The notes under the pieces are model-generated. The model was given only the letters and a program-made list of their open reading frames with translations, made no database searches and had not been told where the DNA came from. 64,000 nucleotides of DNA, from positions 372,001-436,000 of the forward strand of contig RSEE01000038.1 of assembly GCA_003971905.1 (NCBI GenBank), written 5' to 3'. Source of the stretch: Moniliella sp. 'wahieum'. Lineage: Eukaryota. The position numbers and the translations under genes are program-made. Each line of letters opens with the position of its first letter. The stretch's first letter is position 1. Positions 47,036 to 60,398 of this stretch are shown here, in pieces.

Positions 47036-50000
47036 ATGGACGCGGTGCACAGCGCGGTGCCAACGACGGTCGCCACGCTCGAGTCGCCCGATGCGCGTAC
47101 ACTTGCGCGATGCTGCCGGCGTAGACTCGGTGGCCCAGCTGCTTCTCCCCTGGACATCCAGCATCCGGAACGTTGGCGTCACGACAGCCCAGCTGGGACG
47201 CAAGACGTGTGGAACCTTCCCCCTGCGCCTGGTCTCCCTCCCCATCCAGGATCAGAGCATCCATCCATCATCCACGAAAGAGCTGGAGGAAGTGGAGTCT
47301 GCCCTGACATCTGCCCTCGCCCTGGGAGAGTCAGACATGCCTGCCCTCGATCTGTCTGGGGACGGCCCAGACCCTCACTCCACCGCCCTTGGCACAACAT
47401 TTTTCGTCAAACACTGCTGATCCAATGGCAGAGAATGCTCCCTACGACCCTCTTACTCACCCGGTAGCTGGTGCGTCTCCCTTGGCTGCTCAATGTATGG
47501 GACCAACGCTGACCTTTCCCAGTTCTTTGCGCTGTGTCTCTCGGCATGCCGACCCCCTCGCAGCGATGGCCGAGCTGCACACCGCTTCGATGGCCTCTGA
47601 CGTTTTGCCTGCATACATGAGTACTCACGTAATGCGCTTTTACCTTCTTCTGCATGATTCCGCACACCATACCCCGCTAAGCACGTCAGAGGAGCAGCTC
47701 GAGCAGCTCAAGACTACCTATGGACTCAATGCGGCCCTTCTCCGGTCAATTCGCGGCCTCCCCCGGGCCAACAGTGGAGGTGCAAGCTACTTCGGTGGAA
47801 GTCACCTCCCACCCTGTGGAAGAAGAAGAGGTGCACCTTGCTTGGGGAGAGCAAATTGCCAAGCCCTTCGCTCCCCTTTACCCGCCAACACCTTTGCCCG
47901 CGGTCTTTCTTGGGAGACACAGATGCCCTGATGAATTTTTTAAGGACGTTCGTCGCTCAAAGCTTGGTGCCATGGATGGAGCGCTGCGTTCAGCAGTGGC
48001 AAACCACTCTGTTTGACAATAAGCGAGGACTGACCTCACGGCTTTGGGGTGGACTTAACTCAAGCAACTCACGCCGTCTCTGGGGTGTGAGCAGGGCCAC
48101 ATCTCTATCAATCTCCTCCCTGTCGTCAGCCAAATCACTCGGAGCATCCGTAACAAGAACAAGCAGTGTACGAGAAAAGCACACGGAGCACTCGACGATC
48201 CCAACGCCACAGGAATGGGTGCTTCAGCCCACAGTCGGAGGCGTGATGATGCGTCGACTCGGAGACTTTGCTTGGACGTTGCATGATTATGGGTTTGCCC
48301 AGACGTGCTATGAGCATGCACACAAAGACCTCCTAGTCTCTGAACTGGGAGCGGCAGGTGCAGTGTATGCCGCCTCAGCCATTGCCAATGGGGGTTGGCA
48401 CGCTTGTTGAACGAGATGGAGCGGAAGGAAAACCCTTCTGCTCTCAGGACCATGACGCCTCTGACCGAAGAAGAGGCCTCCAGGGTTTGACTATCGCCAG
48501 GGAAACCTCCCCTCGGGCGGGCAGTGGAACTCCACCTCCTTACTCCTCCTCCTGAGGGCCACAGAGAAACAGTTCCCCCTGCTGCAGGAACTGGGATTTG
48601 TGCGCGCTGCGGCCACACAATTGGAGCTGATTGCAGCCCAAGTTCCCTGCCTCGGTGAGCATGGCACTATTGCAGGGGTCTTATATGAGCAAGCAGCCCT
48701 GATGCGTCTCCTTATCTCAAGCCCGGCAGGAAATCGCCCTTGGCGGCGCAAAGCTGCGCTTGACCTCGTCTTTGCCGCAGAAGGATATGGTGCCTCCTCC
48801 CCCGCTATGCGGGCATGGACGGCGGCATATGCACTCGATTCGTTTACTCGTTGGCCTAGAGGTATGGCCCATGTCGCTTCCCGTCTCATGTCAAAGGGGG
48901 ATGCATCCATCTTCTCTCACTTCTCACTGCCCCCGATGCATCAGAGGAGGAGGTTGCACTATACATATCCCAGTTGGCCCGAGGGGGTGAGGTCACACTC
49001 CCCATCGATCTGATCGTGAAGAGCTCTCCAACTTTCCGCGCCGGGCTATGACGTGTCTGTGCACCGCGGTCCAGGAAAAGGGGAGTGGATGCCGCTCATT
49101 AAGAATGTGGTGGCGGAGGTGAAGTCGCCTCGTTGCTCCCTCCCCTCCGATGAGAAAAAAGTGCTGGCACGTCTTCCTGTCGAGCCAGTGGAGGGTACGA
49201 CTGCAACCACAGGGGGCAATGTGAACATCCAGTTCCTTGTTTGCAACCCCTGGGCATGTCCATCATTCTTTCCCGAATTGAAGTGGAGTGGGACAATGAG
49301 GGCATGCAACGCTCTTCCCCAGAGGAAGAGGTGTCTCTCTCCCCACATGGAGAGACGACAGTAAAACAAACCTATATGAGTCGCAACGAGGGCACTTACC
49401 GTCCTTCCCGGATTTCCTACATCCTCCGTCCTCTCAATGGGAACGAGGGCGTGAAAATATCCCAACCGCTCATTAAACAGGGAAAGAAGGTGGTGAGGAG
49501 GAATGTGTGGGGAAGAGAAGACTTTGATGATCTCGGTCCAGGAGAGTATGCGCCGGACCGGACTTGGGATGTGCGGGTTTGCCCCCGCCCCAGGGTGGAA
49601 GTTGATGTCATCTCATGGCCTGAGGAGATTCTTTACGATGGTGAAGAAGTGATGGCTACTCTCCGCTTGAGCAACCCCTCCGGCGCTCCGTCCATTGAGT
49701 GTCTGCGCTTCGCCCTGGATCAGCCAGACTACGCATTAATCACCTCTATCCAAAAGACGGATAAGGAAACATTGCCATTGAGCCCACACTCGTCCTACGT
49801 CTGCAATCATTCCTTCTCCCTTGCACCAGGGGAGAGCATCGAGGTCCAAGTCTGTGTGCGGGCGTTACCCCACATCCAAACGCTGCATCTACTCCTCCTC
49901 TTTTGCGACGCGTCCCCTCACTTTGCGAAAGTAAGTTTGGGCATGGACGTGCGCCCCCTTCTAAGAACAGAGGTGACTTCTTCTCCTCCCGTGGGACGCG

Positions 50001-51042
50001 AAGCATTGGAATATCCTGTGCGAAACGAGCAATCTTTCCCGCCAAGCAGTAGAGGTGAAGGCCCTCACGGTGTGTAGTGCAGCCTGGCGCCTGCCACCCC
50101 CGAGGCAAACGCTCGGATGCCGAACGGCCCCCCATGACAAGGGCCTGGTCTCAGCCTATACTGGCCTTGCAGGGCCTCCCCCTTTCCTCGTTAGGAGCGG
50201 CAAAACACCCCTCCCGCCTGGGCAAATGCAACGGACCTTCCTTACCCTCTCCCCGCTAGAACAAGGGGAGGGAACGGACGAAACACTGCAGTACACTGCT
50301 CACCAACTTGCCCATTGGTTCAAGGAGAAACACCTGGATCGGTCCGTGGCTCCACCAAAGGCAATCCCTTATGTGACGAGTAGCGCGAGCCCTACAGGTG
50401 CCCCTCTCCCAGGCGAGGTGAGTGCTCTCTACCCTCTAGCCAAGCGGGGGTGGTTCAAGCGTGCGCTTGCCCAGGCCTGCCTTCCCTTCCCCGACGGGAA
50501 CGGGAGGGTATCTTTCTCCCCCACTACCCGTATGGGATGGACGTCTGCATTCACTGGCGGCTGCAAGACCGACAAGGATGGACGTACCTCTTCGGCATCC
50601 CTGGTGCACCAGGGGAGAGTTTGTTGCCTCTCGTGCTGGCGAGTCTGGAAGGCCGTCGCCGCGCCTTGTTTGCCGAGACAGACTCGATGTTGACACAAGT
50701 CATAAAAGACCTCTCTCGCTCACGATGGGGCATAGATCAAGATCCGATCCAACTCCTCTTCCGTCCTCTGTCGAATGAAGAGGGGCTCACTCCTATCTCT
50801 ATACGGGTGCAAATCTGTCTCCCCGTCGAGCGTGTAAGGTGCGCATCTCCCTTTTGGACGGAGGGTCGGAGGTGCAGTGGATCGGGCGCAAGACGTTTAC
50901 TCTCGAGGTGGGATCAAGGCAGGAGGTGGAAATCAAGGCACACGCCCTTGTGGTCACCCAAGGCCAGTTACCGCCGTTCCAGCTAACGACTGAACCCGTT
51001 GATGCGACGTCAAGCACGAGTCGCTTCGATCGCCGGGGGTAA
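47036..51042 (+). CDS. TRS85: TRAPP III subunit Trs85/TRAPPC8; heavily frameshifted
   Basis: PYDPLTHPVA, VMRFYLLLHD, FLRTFVAQSLVPWMERCVQQW...KRGLTSRL, MRRLGDFAW.LHDY..A...YE, RRKAAL; span fits a protein of about 1300 aa. Confidence 0.85.
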
Positions 51043-51138
51043 TGGTAGTAAAATCGCTATAGTGATACTCGGTTTCAATCGATGCGAACATCATGCATGT
51101 TTTAGTTCCCACTCCATTAAAGCGGCAAGCCAAGCAGC

Positions 51139-51613
51139 TTACGGAAGAGCTTGTTCTGTGCACCGACTTGATGTATGCAGGCTTGCGGAGACGAACACGG
51201 CGGGCACGGGAATGCCATAGTTGTGGGAGGCCGTGTAGTTGTGCCAGTGCTTGAAGATGATGCGACCATTGTCGTCCTTGAGAATGCGGACACGCTTCAT
51301 GAGACCTTTGTGGGGCTTGAACTTGATCCTCTCGATGGCCTTGGACTTCATCCTTTTGGGCTTAAAGTTGGCGCCCGGCTTGCGCAGCACCTGCTTGCCG
51401 CGGCCACGCTTGAGCGGCCGCTCTTGGGCACACGGATCCTCAGGCCAGAGGGCGCGGTGCGGCCATCGGCAAGCGAGGGAAGGGCGAGGGTAGGGGGGTG
51501 CGCGCACACAGGGCCAGCCCCCTAGTCAGGGCCGGCGGCGCAGCACGCGCGGCGGGGCGCACGGCGAGGCGGAGGCTGAGCCCGGCCAGCAGACGCGACG
51601 TGGCCAGCACCAT
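51139..51613 (-). CDS. Probable mitochondrial ribosomal protein bL35m
   Basis: Arg-rich presequence MVLATSRLLAGLSLRLAVR; basic KFKPHKGLMKRVRI...IFKHWH resembles the L35 KxKTHKGxxKRF motif. Confidence 0.5.
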
Positions 51614-51789
51614 GGTTGCGAGAAGCTTGGAGCGTCCGCTGCCCGCCGCTTCTTCGGGACGGGGGCGGAATATCGGGATTCCGCTGCCCCGCTGCTTTAG
51701 CGCTGCATGCGCTTTTGGTAGCCAGCAGGAAGAGTACGAGCACGAGTCCACCCCCCGCCCACACCACCCACACCACCGCCACCCCCGCC

Positions 51790-52186
51790 ATGCCGCTCTC
51801 ACTCAACCTCTTCAAGCACATGACAAGATCGACGTGCGCATGGTCCCTGTTCCTGTGTCACTGGCACGCGGGCACTGCGCACGTTTCTGTCCTACCTCCC
51901 TGCCCGTCTGCCCGTCAACGCGGCCATCACCTACGGTCTTACCGAGATGCCGCCATCAACATTACTCGGTCACCTCGCCAAAGCAGGCCAGCATCGAAGT
52001 GCACTACACGGACGGGAGCAAGGTCACTGTAATTCCCGATCGTCAGCCTAAACTCGGCTTCCTTGAGCTCCAGCGGAGGGTAGTTCACGTCTCCCCTTCC
52101 CTGCTCACTCTGCTAACTGTATCCCCGGTTTTGCTCAGCTCGAGGGGCCGGCACGCTTGCTCTACCTCAAGAAACAGGGATTCTGA
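51790..52186 (+). CDS. Probable mitochondrial ribosomal protein mL53 (yeast Mrpl44-like); intron 52080-52138; frameshifted
   Basis: Pieces FKHMTKIDVRMVP, ARFLSYLP, SIEVHYTDGSKVTV, LGFLEL and RLLYLKKQGF-TGA follow the mL53 pattern by eye. Confidence 0.45.
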
Positions 52187-52252
52187 TCGCTATGCATATA
52201 CATGGAAACCAAAATGACTGCAGACGGGTTTGGGCATAATGACTTGCTCGCA

Positions 52253-53580
52253 TCACCTATCTTTGGTCTTTTCGGTCCTTTCGACCTCAGAGGCGGGAAT
52301 AGGGGCTGCAGGGCATGGGCTCCACCTCATCCACCTCACGCTCGTCAACATAGATGCCGCGAGTGGTGCGGACGAGGATACGCAACATGAGGAAGTACCA
52401 AAAGCAGTTCAGCAACAGGAGAAGGACAGCGGCGCGAAAATTTGCCAACGCATCCAGGACACGAGCCAGGCGCCGTGGGTGGGCGAAAGACACGTGTCTT
52501 CAGGGATCAACCAAAAGTCATAGTAAACCGACTTGAGAGTCAATGCCGAGAGGTAGATGCGGAAATAAGTCCAGACTACCATGAACACGGCAAAGAACGG
52601 AACTTGCACCAGCGGGCTCACATCAAGATAGTTCATCAGCTTGATCGAACCTAGGAATGTGTCAGGGATGTCCATCGCGACAAAGACGGTCGTGCCAATC
52701 ATAGTGAGGTTAATCCCATAGCTCCATCCAATCAGCCAGAGGGTGACGAGATGATGCGCAACTAGTCGTAATAATCTTTCCGCGGCGCCTCGAGAGGAGG
52801 AGCATAACGAGTGCCTGTTGCAGCCAATACGATAGTTGCAGAAGGTAGTAGGTCTTGAGCTCCGGGCGCATAAGCCAATGGGGGGGTTAGCGCAACCAGA
52901 AGTGCTCGAATTGTACACCAGCCTAGAAGAGGTCAGTGCACTCGGGTTAAGCAAAGTCGGAAGAGGGAACCTACTAGCTTGAAAGACATGACGTATAATC
53001 CAAACAAGCCAAATGAACCCCAATACAAAATGGCCGTAGCATGCTGCGAGCATGCGGTTCAGCTTCTTGGTACTTCCTTCGCAGTACGGTTCAACAAGCG
53101 TTTGAAGACCCACAGCATAAGGCCCTGCCGCAGAAAACTGAAGACAACAATGTAGAAGGAAATGAAAACAAGGTCTAACAAGCCTTTTCCGTACCGGACC
53201 AACTCGGACGAAGTGACGGGAAGCACACCCGCACGGACCATCACGTCCAACTGGCTCGTTCTCCAACACCGTTCCAGCGAAAGGGGGTAGGAGATGAATT
53301 AGGAGGTGAGAGAGCGGGTGCGGACGTCAAAGAGCGCAGAGCAGGCTGGGCAACTGCCCACGACCCGACCAGGACGGTCAACAGGCGAAAGGATGCAAAG
53401 GGATCGACCATCCAACGAGAGTGATCGAAATTCAGACCAGAGCGCCCTCGCACGCCAGGGCGAGCTCTGCGGTTGCACAATCGTTGCGGGCGTAGCAAGC
53501 GCATGCGGCTTATCCGAGGGAGCCGAACGAGCGCGCAGGCCATTGGGCCCAGGAGTCGGCAAGGCAGTGGACGCGTCCAT
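52253..53580 (-). CDS. Ceramide synthase (Lag1/Lac1, TLC domain); frameshifted
   Basis: YGKGLLDLVFISFY, Lag1 motif AHHLVTLWLIGWSY...GTTVFVAMDIPDTFL...KLMNY, WTYFRIYL; probable C-terminal KTKDR (KxKxx). Confidence 0.92.
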
Positions 53581-56249
53581 CGGCGGTGGTTGAAGAAAAA
53601 GGGGACCTGCGTGACGCGCGGCGGGGACAAGTGCAGACGTCGTTGTGGGGATTAAGTCAATTAGGCAGGAGTGTGGCTGAGCTGAGCTGCCTGCCGGTGA
53701 ATCTTGGCCAGCTGTCCCAGCTTGCCTGAGGCAATGGTAAGGGCGCGTGCGCGTTGAGACTAGCTGAGTCCTCAACAGCTCAGGACTCAACAGGGACTAA
53801 GTGCCCATCAGTACTCAGAAGCTCAAAGCGCTTAAACTTCAAGCTTTCCAGATTGATTCAGCGCTGAGGTGCTGAGGCCCTGAGGCGCTGGGGCTCTCGG
53901 CGGGATAAGTGGCAGCCTCTCCCTCTCTCAGCGATCTCAGATCTCAGCGATCTCACCAGCATGGACGACAGTTGGCAACAACTGATGACCTCATCTCGCG
54001 ACCGACCTGCGTCTGTCCTGGTCTCGACTCAGCCACTGAGAGTGAGAACTGAGTGCCACGGCATCGCCACTGCGTGAAGAAACCTACCAAGCTACTGATT
54101 TCGACATGCAAGCCGGCCGGACACTACCGCCAGCCAACCCCAACATCAGCACAGGTGGTATAATAGCGCTGAGGCAGCGAGGACCGCCCAGAACCAAGGG
54201 AATATGATGACGTCACATGCCGGCATCAAACAGGAAAAATCTCAGGGGTTGCCTCCGAAACATCATGTGCCCCTATATTAACAAGCCTTTGCAATTCCGC
54301 CGCTGATGCGCTGATAGGTCCGTGGTGGTCCGGTGAGGGTTATACTTATCTTCCCCCAATATATCCCCACCAAACCATCTACCCTACTCCCATCTGGCGT
54401 GCTCAGCATGAGCGTTTGGCATCGCTCCCGATGCTGTCTTCAATCCTCGCGCCGTTTCCCATATCAATGAAGTCGCTGCGGGAAAATCGGCAGTGCCTCT
54501 TTTTCGGCTCAACACGGATCCACGCCGCGCTGAGACGACGCTGATACGTTTTCAGCTGCTGACAGTGGGGACGATCTGAGAGATCGCAAAGAGAACTAAT
54601 TGCCCTTGACACGCAATCTCTTCTCCCATATATGGGAAAAGGATTCGCTCTCTTCTCCCCCACAATGTGTGGCCCACCACAGTTGGTCTGTGTGTTGTCA
54701 ACCGCAGTGTGGATATGGATTTCCGGCAGATGACGCAAATGGGGCATGACCTGATTATTGACCAAGGCGATCGAGATCATCATTAACTGTAGACATCATT
54801 AACTGTAGAGATCAACAATATATCAGCCTTGGGATTAGGCAATGGTCGGTACTCCTTCATAGGAGCTGAAGATAGTAACGGCGCGATAAATATTACAACA
54901 ACAGCGATTACATCACAGCTATTAAGGCAAATGAGGTAGTATGGAAGATGCGCGAGACGTATAAAGGCATTGACGCCCTCTAAGCGCCCTTTCCCTCTCC
55001 TCCGTCCCTTCTTAATCTCTCCTCTCCAAACTTAACAAGCCGCATTGAGTTTGCTAGACGACAACTAAGTGTCCAGGCGGATGCATTCTTCATCACTGGA
55101 GGTACGATTACCACATTATTTCTTCCACCGCATCGCATCGCAACGCCATGGAGCCTCGCACTCAACCTCTGCCTGGGCTTCTGCAAGACGGCCGTACGGC
55201 CCACCCGAAGGCCACAAGTGAAGGGACGGGTGCTTTATTAAGTTCCCAGGGGATTGACCTCAATCGCTGTTATGCACCCAAGTTTCCCTGCCCCAGCCTT
55301 CTTCCACATCCGCTTCGCACCAAGGAGGGAAGAGCCCCATGACTTGACCATGATCTATCTCTTATGTGATGTACCACCATGAGTTGTGTGGGCGCCACCT
55401 TCGATGGGCTTCTCAGGGGGCACAAGGACCGTTTGCAAATTCCAAACCACGCCGGGTGTTGATGCGTCCATATCATTGACAGAGGGTAAGGCTCGGACAG
55501 GGGGATCGCTACGTCTAAACCGAACCGTTCATCTTGCGGGGGTTGCTTGGAAGCGCCACCAAGGTTAAGGAACCAGGGGGATCGCCAGCATATCAGAACC
55601 CTCTCTGGTTCTCACCATCCGGTCGTGTTGATCATAAAAGATGTATGCAAATACTCTACCTTTATGTCCTAGTTGTCAATACTTACCACGTTCACTTTCT
55701 CTACCAGGTTCTTTGCAAGGTTCACTGATGTTAAGCTAGCAATGGTCAGCACTTTGTGTTCATTGAATTGTGCGCTTCCCCCTACTCTCCTTTTCCCGTT
55801 ATTTTTGCCCCTAGTATGTTATGTACCGAGTTGTGTATCCACATATGCACACACAATATGTGGTGGCTATATATAGATGCATCGAGCCCGCATCCATTCT
55901 TTTTTGTCATCCATCTATCGCATGTTCTCTTTCTTGCCTTCCCTTGCCCCAACATACCACGCAAATTGATTGTAGAACGCCTACGCCTCTATCATGCTCC
56001 TCAAGTTCTTCGTCCTCATGTGGCCGACGGAGGCATTCCAGCACCCCAAGGGTCTCAGATATCACGCGTCATCCGGTCACGCATCATTCATCATTGTTGC
56101 ATTCTTTCAACAAATTGAAGCTCCACGTGGCGGAACCACGGCGGAAAATTATTAGAAATCGGGGCGGGGCTCGGCAGGCCGGCTGGGTACACCACTTGGG
56201 CGGCGGCAGGAGCTTGCTCCGAGCCATCCACCTGAACCTGGAGGGCAAC

Positions 56250-56857
56250 ATGTCTTTGTACCCGAAATGGTTGCCAGACGTCCATGTCCGCGAGGGCAAG
56301 CCCATCTGGCAAGATCCCGCATCGTATGAGCCCCTGAAAGGTGCCGTCTTCGTTGGTGGGTACACCGGCTTTGTCGGCTCCCTCGTCGCTTTCAACCGGA
56401 TCCTCGCGGAATCTGGCAAAGTTGTCCGCCCACCTTTTCATGCGCGCGCGGGCCAGGTGATGCGCACAGCTGGAATCTATGGCGCTGTTGGTGCCACTTT
56501 TGCCTTTGTTCAAGCAGCGGTCCGTGTGGCCCGTGGCAAGAAGGCTGAGGACTTTGTCTCCTCCTTCTCTGGTGGTGCTGCTGCTGGGTTTTTGATCGGA
56601 GCACGCAGTACGTCCTCCTCCTTCATTAATCGTTTCTCTGCGATGTTCTGACAACAAGGTGTGCAGGGGGAACGACTCCTGCCTTGTTCCTCGTACCCTT
56701 GCTGACGGGACTGACGATGGGCACGGTGACATTTATGGGCACTTCGTTCACCCGCGGTGATGAGTTGTACGGCCAGCCTGGGCCACTGGATATCCAGGAC
56801 CAGTTGGTCACGCATAAGCCAGAGGACCTCAAGGTAGACAAGCTTTGGCCGTTGTAA
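56250..56857 (+). CDS. Tim17/Tim22/Tim23-family membrane protein, NDUFA11-like; intron 56608-56667
   Basis: Gly-rich TM segments GGYTGFVGSLVA, YGAVGATFAFVQAAVRVARGK and SSFSGGAAAGFLIGAR; spliced continuation ends DKLWPL-TAA. Confidence 0.7.
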
Positions 56858-57338
56858 GCATCAAATTGAATCTGCTTCTTCATGACTGTCGCCGAAATGA
56901 GTGTGCAATGTACAGTCTTGGGCCTGGCTCGGGAGATGGTGGCATGTGCATGGATACTGCATTGGAACCGATTGACGAGGACGTGGGTCCACAATCTCTA
57001 CCCCCACGAGATTGTGGATGTGTCGTGATGGCTTGACTCAAAGAACGTGAAGTCAACAATACCAGTGGCTTCCTATTGATGCGTGCATGGTTGCACTGGT
57101 CTGATCATCAAACACACAATCCGAAGCTCACAGCTTCATGAAGGCTCGGAACGTGGTAGGGTTTAGAAGCAGTTGGGATACCAGTGAGAATTGTGGTATG
57201 AAACCAGCACCTAACAACCATGTCCTGAGCACCATGCGTCGATTCCCGCGGTTGGGATGGGGGGCATAGCGCCAACGGGCATGGTTATCCAGGCTGTCAA
57301 GGTAGATGAAACTCGCCAGACCAGTGGCGGTGAAGCTT

Positions 57339-57359
57339 GCTTGAAGCTTGAAGCTTGAA
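57339..57359. repeat. (GCTTGAA)3 heptamer array upstream of SEC12
   Basis: Three exact copies, reverse complement of TTCAAGC. Confidence 0.9.
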
Positions 57360-57507
57360 GGCGAGTTCCAGCTCGAAATGGGGTTGTCAGCACTAGGCCA
57401 GTGTGGCGCCTCGAGTCCATGGGGTCAATTAAATCTTACCTGTGTTGCCATGAACATATGAACGTTGAACGTGAAAACTAGCAATGGTTTCCCTCCACCA
57501 TCTCGAC

Positions 57508-58781
57508 ATGCGCACAGCACACTACAGACAGCCAGTCGGGCTACCTGTGTACGCGGTGGAGTTTGTTGCTCCTGTGTGTTGGTGGCCTATGTTGGTGGGA
57601 GGAGGAGCGTCTAAGAGTGGCGTGAGAAACAAACTAGTTCTTGCCGTGTGGGGGACGAGGCGCTTCATCCACTCGTCGAGCTTACACTCAGCTCGGAAGA
57701 AGATGCGCCCATGTGAATGGCTGTTGACCGGGTTGGAAGAGTGATCGCTTGCGGTGTCAACTCGTCCCCCGACGCTCTGAAAAAAGGGAGGAACAAGACT
57801 CCGTCTGTTCCGGTATACTCCCTGCATGGACGGGCGAATCGGAGACCTCAGATACCGAGTACGTTTCACTCGGGTTTCATGCGGCAGTGCTGACCCACCA
57901 CAGGAAGGGCGGAGCAACGCTCGAGCCTCTTGAGGCTTACCCCGGACTGCCCATTACGAACCCGAAGACTATCCTAAGGTCTTGCCCTGGCTCGCTCTCA
58001 CTCCCGAAGGGGCGGAGAGGACAGCGGCCCTGCGCTGCTCGAGGCTGGTACGGACGGAAGTGTGGTCGTGCATCCGTATCCACGTGTCAGCGGAAAACCA
58101 TTGTTGGAGTGCGACGCCTACCCAGCCTGAAGCGCTTTTTGGTCCGCACGATGAAATTTACGATGCCGACTTGCTCCCTCGGCTGCGTGGTGGCGATCGC
58201 TGCAGCCAAACGTTGCGGATTGTCAGCGCAGTGGGGGGGAGCCAGCGGTGTGCAGTCCATCACCAACCCCGAAGTGGGGGGAGGGAGGGCACTTTCGCTC
58301 GGTTCGGTTTGCTCCGCATGGGCGTGTGCTGTACACGGTGGTCAATTCCACGCCACCCAAGGGGGCAAGTAAGAAGGCGCCGCGGACGAGCTTTGTATCG
58401 GCATGGGAAGTGGAGAAGTGGGCGCTACGTGACACGCGCAAAGTCGGCGCCAAACCTGTGACTACGTTCGCGGTCGCACCTGAGGGTGGGGCTGTGGCCA
58501 TTGGCGGGGCAGACTTGAGCGTGAGTGTGCTGGATGGAGAGACACTGAGGCTACGCACGCGCATCCTTGCCGCCCACTCGTTCCCGCCTACCTCGCTCGC
58601 CTTCTCCCCCGACGGCCGCTGGCTTGTGTCTGGCTCAGCGGACAACACGTTGCGGTGTATGCGGGTGCCGGAAGCGGGCGAGAGCAAGCATGGGCCAGCG
58701 TTGGCCGCGCTGCTGACGGCGCTGCTGCTGCTGCTCGTTGCGATTGCGGTCCAGCTCACTCGGCAGCAGCAGCAGGCCTAG
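57508..58781 (+). CDS. SEC12: Sec12/PREB WD40 Sar1 GEF with C-terminal TM; frameshifted
   Basis: GLPVYAVEF...VGGGGASKSGVRNKL K-loop; WD repeats (FRSVRF, AHSFPPTSLAFSPDGRWLVSGSADNTLR); C-terminal hydrophobic anchor. Confidence 0.88.
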
Positions 58782-59066
58782 CGCGGACGAGGCGCAGCGA
58801 GCTAAGTCCTGGATCAGATGCGGTGATCAATGATCGATGATAGCGGCGGTGGCCGGCTGGGGATTGGATATGGGATCGACAGTGCTTTTTTGAAATTGCA
58901 CTCCACCACGTGGCTCGGACCAGCGGGGAATAGGCGACGTTGTTGCATAGTCGTGTAAGAAGAGCAAGACAGACCACAAACCCCGATGCTGCTACACCAG
59001 CGACACCGGCAAGTCTTCTCCCCACCACCTCCACCCGCCCCTGCTCCTGCTCCTGCTCCTGCTCCC

Positions 59067-60398
59067 ATGGCGTACCAGCCCACCAATCTCGCCCCCCCCT
59101 CCCGTCGGAGCACTACCAGCGCAGGGATCACCACGCGGCCCTACACCCCCTCTCCCACTCGCGCCGGCTCTCTCTCCAGCCGTCCCCCTCGCGGCCCTCG
59201 TCTCAGCCGGCAGGCCCCACGCGCGTATCCTCGGCACCCGGTCCTGCGCGCGGCCACCGTAACTATGCTTCGATGAGCGGTGTCCCATACGCCGCGAATC
59301 AGGGGCTCATGCGCAATTCTGCGCATACCCGCCATGCTGCGCACGCCAGCGTTGCTGTCCCTGGGTACATGGCCCCCGCCCACATGAGCTCCTACGCCAA
59401 CACTGCCAGCCCCTATGCGTATGGCCATGCCCGAGCTTCCTACGCTGGAGCGTCGCCCTACAGCTCCCCCTATGCAGCCGAGTACGGTTCAGCGTTCAAT
59501 ATGCCCTCCTACGGATCCAACACCTTCTCCTCTTGGCCCCTGCTTCGTCTCCCTGGATCAACACGGACGCCCACCCTTTCATCCAGCAGCTGAAAAAATT
59601 CTCTTCCCGCCCGAGGATGCCATTGACACATACACCCAGCCGCTCAAACCTTACATCCCCGCACTCGGCCGATTTTTAATTGTTGTCACATTCCTCGAGG
59701 ATGCGATCCGCATTGTGTCGCAATGGTCTGACCAATTGGCCTACCTTCAGCGTCACCGACATTTTTACTGGGGATTCAACCATATCTTCCTTTTCACTAA
59801 CGTGGTCGTAATGACTTTGGCCTCACTGGCGGTAATCGTCCGGCGTTTCCCCGAGGCCTCCGTTGTGGCTTTGTTTGGCGTGATTGTCTCCCAAGCTGTG
59901 GGATACGGGATGCTGCTCGACTTGACCTTTTTCCTGCGTAATCTCTCCGTCATTGGAGGGCTACTTATGTGCCTCTCTGATTCTTTCCGAGCTCAACGGA
60001 AGCACCACCTATCCTCGCTGATACCCTCGATTTCCCCTACTGATCGAAACCTGTACCTCAGCTCGCCGGACGCGTTCTACTCATTGGTCTATTTATTGGG
60101 TTCATCTTCCACGGAAAGTGGACGCTCCTCCGTGCCATTACGGCTGTCTTGGGCCTTGTCGCTTGCATCATGGTGGCTGTCGGATTCAAAGCGCGCTGGT
60201 CCGCCTCGTTCCTCGTGCTGCTTCTCTCGACATTCAACTTGGTTGTGAACAACTTCTGGTCCGTGCACACCAACCACCCGTCCCGCGATTTCCTTCGGTA
60301 CGACTTTTTCCAAACGCTCAGCATGTAGGGGCTTGCTTCTGCTGGTCAACATGGGTCCTGGATCCTACTCGATTGATGAAAGCAAAAAGGAGTCATAG
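59067..60398 (+). CDS. ERV29: SURF4/Erv29 ER cargo receptor with long low-complexity N-terminus; frameshifted
   Basis: PLKPYIPALGRFLIVVTFLEDAIRI, FFLRNLSVIGGLLM, DFLRYDFFQTLS; C-terminal SIDESKKES (KKxx). Confidence 0.93.

Noticed and set aside
54204..54314. Possible C/D snoRNA (ATGATGA ... CTGA)
   Set aside because: No clear terminal stem and no rRNA-complementary guide that I could identify.
55679..55687. ATACTTACC resembling the U1 snRNA 5' end
   Set aside because: The following sequence does not continue as U1, with no recognisable stem-loop I or Sm-site arrangement.
59039..59064. (CCTGCT)n and similar simple repeats such as (TCTGGG)n near 2357
   Set aside because: Ordinary microsatellites in leaders or low-complexity coding regions.
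15678..60398. Programmed frameshifting or mass pseudogenisation of host genes
   Set aside because: Indels are numerous, scattered and often homopolymer-associated; sequencing error is far more parsimonious.
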